Shown here one piece after another: positions 63,924 to 64,000 of a DNA stretch of 64,000 nt; position 1 is the stretch's first letter, and every line of letters starts with the position of its first letter. The stretch comes from an uncultured virus (IMG/VR IMGVR_UViG_3300017917_005385) (taxonomy: Duplodnaviria; Heunggongvirae; Uroviricota; Caudoviricetes). The stretch is taken from the IMG/VR virus record IMGVR_UViG_3300017917_005385; one strand, written 5' to 3'. The notes under the pieces were generated by a model, which searched no databases, was not told the origin of the DNA, and worked only from the letters and a program-made list of their open reading frames with translations. The position numbers were made by a program, and so were the translations under genes.

Positions 63924-64000
63924 AAAAAGAAAATGAGTTTAAGTTATTTTGATTATGATTCACTACAAAAATGGTTTGGTGATAATGGTGATAAAACACA

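Noticed and set aside
1..64000. Alternative genetic code (stop-codon reassignment)
   Set aside because: Recognisable genes are full length in code 11, and I found no tRNA with a CTA, TTA or TCA anticodon.
1..64000. Bacterial chromosome origin, suggested by gltX, glnS, clpC, coaD and smpB
   Set aside because: These genes are scattered among short hypothetical, HNH and virion-like genes and unusually divergent tRNA arrays with no bacterial operon context. A jumbo phage fits better, although no capsid or terminase gene is in the window.

Overview
AT-rich, gene-dense window that most likely comes from a jumbo phage of a Bacteroidota host. Evidence: repeated TTTG...TAnnTTTG promoters, a second AATATATA promoter-like motif, HNH endonucleases, virion-like proteins, and no rRNA or ribosomal-protein genes. 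It carries about 58 tRNA genes with assignable anticodons plus about 7 atypical tRNA-like RNAs. It also encodes translation and tRNA-maintenance proteins (GluRS, GlnRS, TilS, Thg1-like, SmpB, YqeY, CCA-adding-like NTase, Pth2-like) and two glycosylation clusters. Main observation: each of seven tRNA arrays is preceded by a short leader ORF, an anti-terminator segment and an intrinsic terminator. The leader's codons match the amino acids, often the isoacceptors, of the tRNAs directly downstream: HKHF..K..KWF before His/Phe/Trp/Lys; Ser-rich plus CGN before Ser/Arg-ACG; YYYEGE before Tyr/Glu; IIEGGAGA before Ile/Gly/Ala; NLNMNLNLTVVNTLCIR before Asn/Leu/Met/Thr/Val/Cys/Ile/Arg-TCT; PQPQ..DQDP before Pro/Asp(/Gln); QYQQQQQ before Gln and GlnRS. 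Together the arrays cover all 20 amino acids. The inference is a ribosome-mediated attenuation system that switches on phage tRNA modules when the matching charged tRNAs are depleted. Other notable items are D-arm-less tRNAs, class-I isotypes with long variable arms, Y-RNA-like elements, several unannotated structured RNAs, and recurrent N- and C-terminal protein motifs. All calls were made by eye; no database searches were run.
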